Below, piece by piece: positions 60,867-64,000 of a stretch of DNA of 64,000 bases. The notes below the pieces were generated by a model. It saw only the letters and a program-made list of their open reading frames with translations, was not told the origin of the DNA and ran no database searches. Source of the stretch: Rubrivivax sp. Lineage in GTDB: Bacteria > Pseudomonadota > Gammaproteobacteria > Burkholderiales > Burkholderiaceae_C. Numbering within the stretch: position 1 is the first letter of the stretch; the number at the start of each line of letters is the position of its first letter. The position numbers and the translations under genes are program-made. Where the stretch lies: positions 747-64,746 of the forward strand of contig JADJYX010000011.1 of NCBI GenBank assembly GCA_016719535.1, written 5' to 3'.

Positions 60867-61145
60867 ATGCGACTGACCGACAACGAGCGCCGCGTCCTGC
60901 TCCAGGCCGTGGCCGCAGTCGACCGGACGCCGAGGTCTGGCTGCCTGGCTCGCGCGTGCGCGACGACGCCCGCGGCGGCGACATCGACCTGCTGGTGCTG
61001 TCCAGCCGAATGGGTCTGCGCGACAAGCTCGACGTTCTGGCGCGGATGCACCAGGCGCTGGGCGACAGCGCATCGATCTGACGATCGCGCGCGACGAGTC
61101 GCGCCCTTCGTGAGGGTGGCCAAGGCGCAGGGCGTCCGGCTGTGA
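60867..61145 (+). CDS. Minimal nucleotidyltransferase (MNT) antitoxin, frameshifted in this read
   Basis: Joining frames gives MRLTDNERRVLLQAVAAVD..DAEVWLPGSRVRDDARGGDIDLLV...IDL, i.e. the GS...DxD motif. Confidence 0.75.
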   Translation: MRLTDNERRVLLQAVAAVDRTPRSGCLARACATTPAAATSTCWCCPAEWVCATSSTFWRGCTRRWATAHRSDDRARRVAPFVRVAKAQGVRL

Positions 61146-61600
61146 GCAGCATGTCGGATCGGCGTGTCGAGCTGCGTGCCATGCTGCAGGGCGAGTCCGC
61201 GCGCAGCGCAGGCGGCCGACCACCTGCGCTGGTCGCTGGGCCGATGCCAAGCGCTCGGCCCCGGTCCCTGGGCTCCGGACGAGCTCGAACGCCTGGAGTC
61301 GATGGCCAGTCGCTTCGCGCGGCTCTCGGACCTGTTGACGCAACGCATCATGCGACTGGCCGACGAACTCGAGCTCGAGGCCCGGGAAGTCTGATCGACC
61401 GCATCCGCAGGGCCAAAGCGCGGCTGGTCGGATTCGGACGGGCAACTCATCGCGCCGGGACGCTGCGCAACCTGATCGCGCACGAGTATGAAGACGAGGA
61501 TCTGCCGGCGCTCTGTGCGGAAGTGCAGCGCTCGTCGCCAGCCCTGCTGCATCGCGGTGGATCGAGCGCTCGCCTGGTCGCGGCAGATCCGTTGAGTCGC
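61142..61600 (+). CDS. HEPN (DUF86-like) RNase toxin, frameshifted in this read
   Basis: Joined frames: ...ERLESMASRFARLSDLL...GSLIDRI...LRNLIAHEY, carrying the RxxxxH motif; overlaps the MNT stop. Confidence 0.72.
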
Positions 61601-61607
61601 GCCGGCG

Positions 61608-62519
61608 ATGGAAACCAAGTGGCTCGAGGACTTTCGCGCTCGCCGAGACGCGCAGCTTCTCGCGCGCGGCGCAGCTGCGCCATGTCACGCAGCCGGCCTT
61701 CAGCCGCCGCATCCAGGCGCTGGAGGCCTGGACCGGCATCGACCTCGTCGACCGTTCGTCCTACCCGACGCGGCTCACCCCCGCGGGCGAGACCTTCCAC
61801 GGCCAGGCGCTGGAGATCGTGGGCGCACTGCAGGCCACGCGCAACCTGATGCGCAGCCATCAGAACGCCGGGCAGGACGTCATCGAGTTCGCGGTGCCGC
61901 ATTCGCTGGCCTTCACCTTCTTCCCGCACTGGCTCACCGGGCTGCGGCCGCAGTTCGGCGCCCTCCGCAGCCGGCTCAATGCCTTCAACGTGCACGACGC
62001 GGTGATGCGGCTGACCGAGGGCGGCTGCGACCTGCTGATCGCCTACCACCACCCCAGCCAGCCGCTGCAGCTCAGCCCCGACCGCTACGAGATGCTGAGC
62101 CTGGGTGACGAGAGCCTGGCGCCCTATGCCAGGCCGGGCCCCGACGGCCAGCCGCTGCTGCGCCTGCCCGCTGTGCCGGCGCGCGTGTGCCCTTCCTCAG
62201 CTACGCGCCCGGCGCCTACATGGCGCGGCTGGTCGAGGTGATCCTGAAGGAGGCCGAGACCGTGCCGTCGCTCGAGGCGGTGTACGAAACCGACATGGCC
62301 GAAGGCCTGAAGGCGATGGCGCTCGAAGGCCACGGGCTGGCCTTCCTGCCCAGCAGTTCGGTGCGCAAGGAGCTCAGGGCCGCCGCCTGGTGCGCTGCCG
62401 CCGCGCCCGGCCGCTGGCAGCTGACGATGGAAGTGCGCATCTACCGCGAACGTCCCGGTGTCGCGCGCCACACCAAGGCCCAGGCGGTGGCGCTGTGGGA
62501 CTTCCTGGCGCGTCGATAG
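61608..62519 (+). CDS. LysR family regulator, multiple frameshifts
   Basis: [47 protein letters not shown] spread over several frames. Confidence 0.82.
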
Positions 62520-62557
62520 CCTCGTCGTTCACCGGCGTGCCGGGGGCCATTGGTCGC

Positions 62558-63599
62558 ATGAGCCGCCCCCAGCCACGCTGACCCTCACCCGCCCCGACGA
62601 CTGGCACCTGCACCTGCGCGACGGCGCCGCGCTGGCTGCGGTGCTGCCCTTCACCGCCGCGCAGTTCGGGCGTGCCATCGTGATGCCCAACCTGAAGCCG
62701 CCGGTGACCACCACCGCGCAGGCGCTGGACACCGCGAGCGCATCGTCGCCGCATTGCCGGCCGGGGCCGGCTTCCAGCCGCTGATGACGCTGTACCTGAC
62801 CGACACCACCACGCCCGACGAGATCGCGCGTGCGCGGGCCGCGGGCATCGTCGCGCTCAAGCTCTACCCCGCCGGCGCCACCACCAACAGCGATGCCGGT
62901 GTCACCGACATCCGCAAGACCTATCCCACGCTGGAAGCCATGCAGCGCGAGGGCGCTGCTGCTGGTGCACGGCGAGGTGACCGATCCGGGAGGTCGACCT
63001 CTTCGACCGCGAGGCGGTCTTCATCGACCGCGGCGTGATGGCGCTGCTGCGCGAGCTTCCCGGGCTGAAGGTGGTGTTCGAGCCATCACCACGCAGGAGG
63101 CGGCGCAGTACGTGGCTGGGGCCGATGCCCACACTGCGGCCACGCTCACCGCGCACCACCTGCTCTACAACCGCAACGCGCTCTTCATCGGCGGGCTGCG
63201 GACGCACTATACCGCCCGCCGGTGCTCAAGCGCGAGGTGCATCGCCAGGCGCTGGTGGCGGCGGCCATCTCGGGGAGCCCGAAATTCTTCCTCGGCACCG
63301 ACAGCGCGCCGCACGCCGCGGCGCTGAAGGAGCAGAGCGTCTGCCGCAGTGCCGGCTGCTTCACCGCGCCGGCGGCGCTGACTCTACGCCGAGGCCTTCG
63401 AGGCCGCCGATGCGCTGGACAAGCTCGAAGCCTCCGCCAGCCACCATGGCCCGGCTTCCTACGGCCTGCCGCGCAACACCGGCACGGTGACGCTGAAGCG
63501 CGAACCCTGGTCGCTGCCCGAGACGCTGCCTTTCGGCGACGCCACCCTCAAGCCGCTGCGCGCCGCGAGACGCTGAACTGGCGGCTGCAGCCGGCCTGA
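62558..63599 (+). CDS. pyrC: Dihydroorotase, multiple frameshifts
   Basis: [48 protein letters not shown] in successive frames. Confidence 0.9.
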
Positions 63600-64000
63600 G
63601 CGTGGGATCCCGCGTGGCCGCCGGTCGTGACGGCGGCACCACGGCGCTGGCGCCTACCGCGAAGTGGGCAGGCGCGTGCTGGCCCGCGTATGGGCCGGCG
63701 TCTCCGGTGGCCGACGCGCGAATGCCGAGGATGCGAGCGTGCACTTCGTGCCGCAGGCTAGCGCTGCCGCCGAGTCGCGACTGCAGGGCTCCATCGCCCG
63801 CAGCGGCCCAGGTGCCGACGCGCGACAACCTGCGACCTCTCCAACGGCCTGGTCTGGCTCGTGCGGGCGGCGCTGGGGAAAGCGGCGGCTGAACGCGCTA
63901 CACTCGGCGGCCATCGACGCGCAGGGCGTGGGTGCGCGCCGCGGCCCGCTACGCGCGATGCGCTGACCTGTTCGACGCGAACGGCGCCTGGCTGCAGGCC
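63600..64000 (+). CDS. DUF3025-like protein, partial and heavily frameshifted
   Basis: Fragments HFVPQA, SGQVPTRDNL, NGLVW, RRLNALH, RRGPLRDALTLFD.NGA across frames. Confidence 0.5.

Overview
This is a very GC-rich betaproteobacterial chromosome segment; gene content and order suggest Burkholderiales of the Rubrivivax/Aquincola/Ideonella type (inference). In order it carries: (i) an accessory left end with a LysM-like/lytic-transglycosylase/membrane-anchor fusion; (ii) an NhaR-like LysR stress locus (CopD-like, ExoD, Ca2+/Na+ antiporter, TerB, metallophosphoesterase plus DAG-kinase); (iii) pepF and a BCCT-MarC-cytochrome cd1-like string; (iv) an IclR-linked ABC importer plus three-subunit opine/D-amino-acid oxidase cluster; (v) hisD-hisG-bolA-clpP-speB-ABC-2; (vi) TetR, MscS, USP; (vii) a LysR-linked IOR alpha-Bug-IOR beta cluster; (viii) WS/DGAT and ACBP; (ix) HNH, an EAL protein and a DUF1631-like protein; (x) a TetR-led beta-oxidation operon interrupted by a DUF559 endonuclease flanked by inverted REP-like repeats; (xi) a secreted-type caspase-family protease behind an MTAP remnant; (xii) thioesterase, an ATM1-like ABC transporter, an MNT-HEPN toxin-antitoxin pair, LysR, pyrC and a partial DUF3025-like gene. 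I found no rRNA, tRNA or CRISPR array. Single-base frameshifts in pepF, the cd1-like gene, one ABC permease, the EAL gene, the FadN-like gene and the ATM1-like gene, and many more after about 60.7 kb, look like sequencing indels rather than true pseudogenes. The best leads are the REP-flanked DUF559 cassette, the LysM-SLT-TM fusion, an orphan NirS-like cd1 protein, a palindromic repeat inserted into the FadN-like coding sequence, and repeated duplications of gene 3' ends. All family assignments come from reading motifs by eye; no database search was run.
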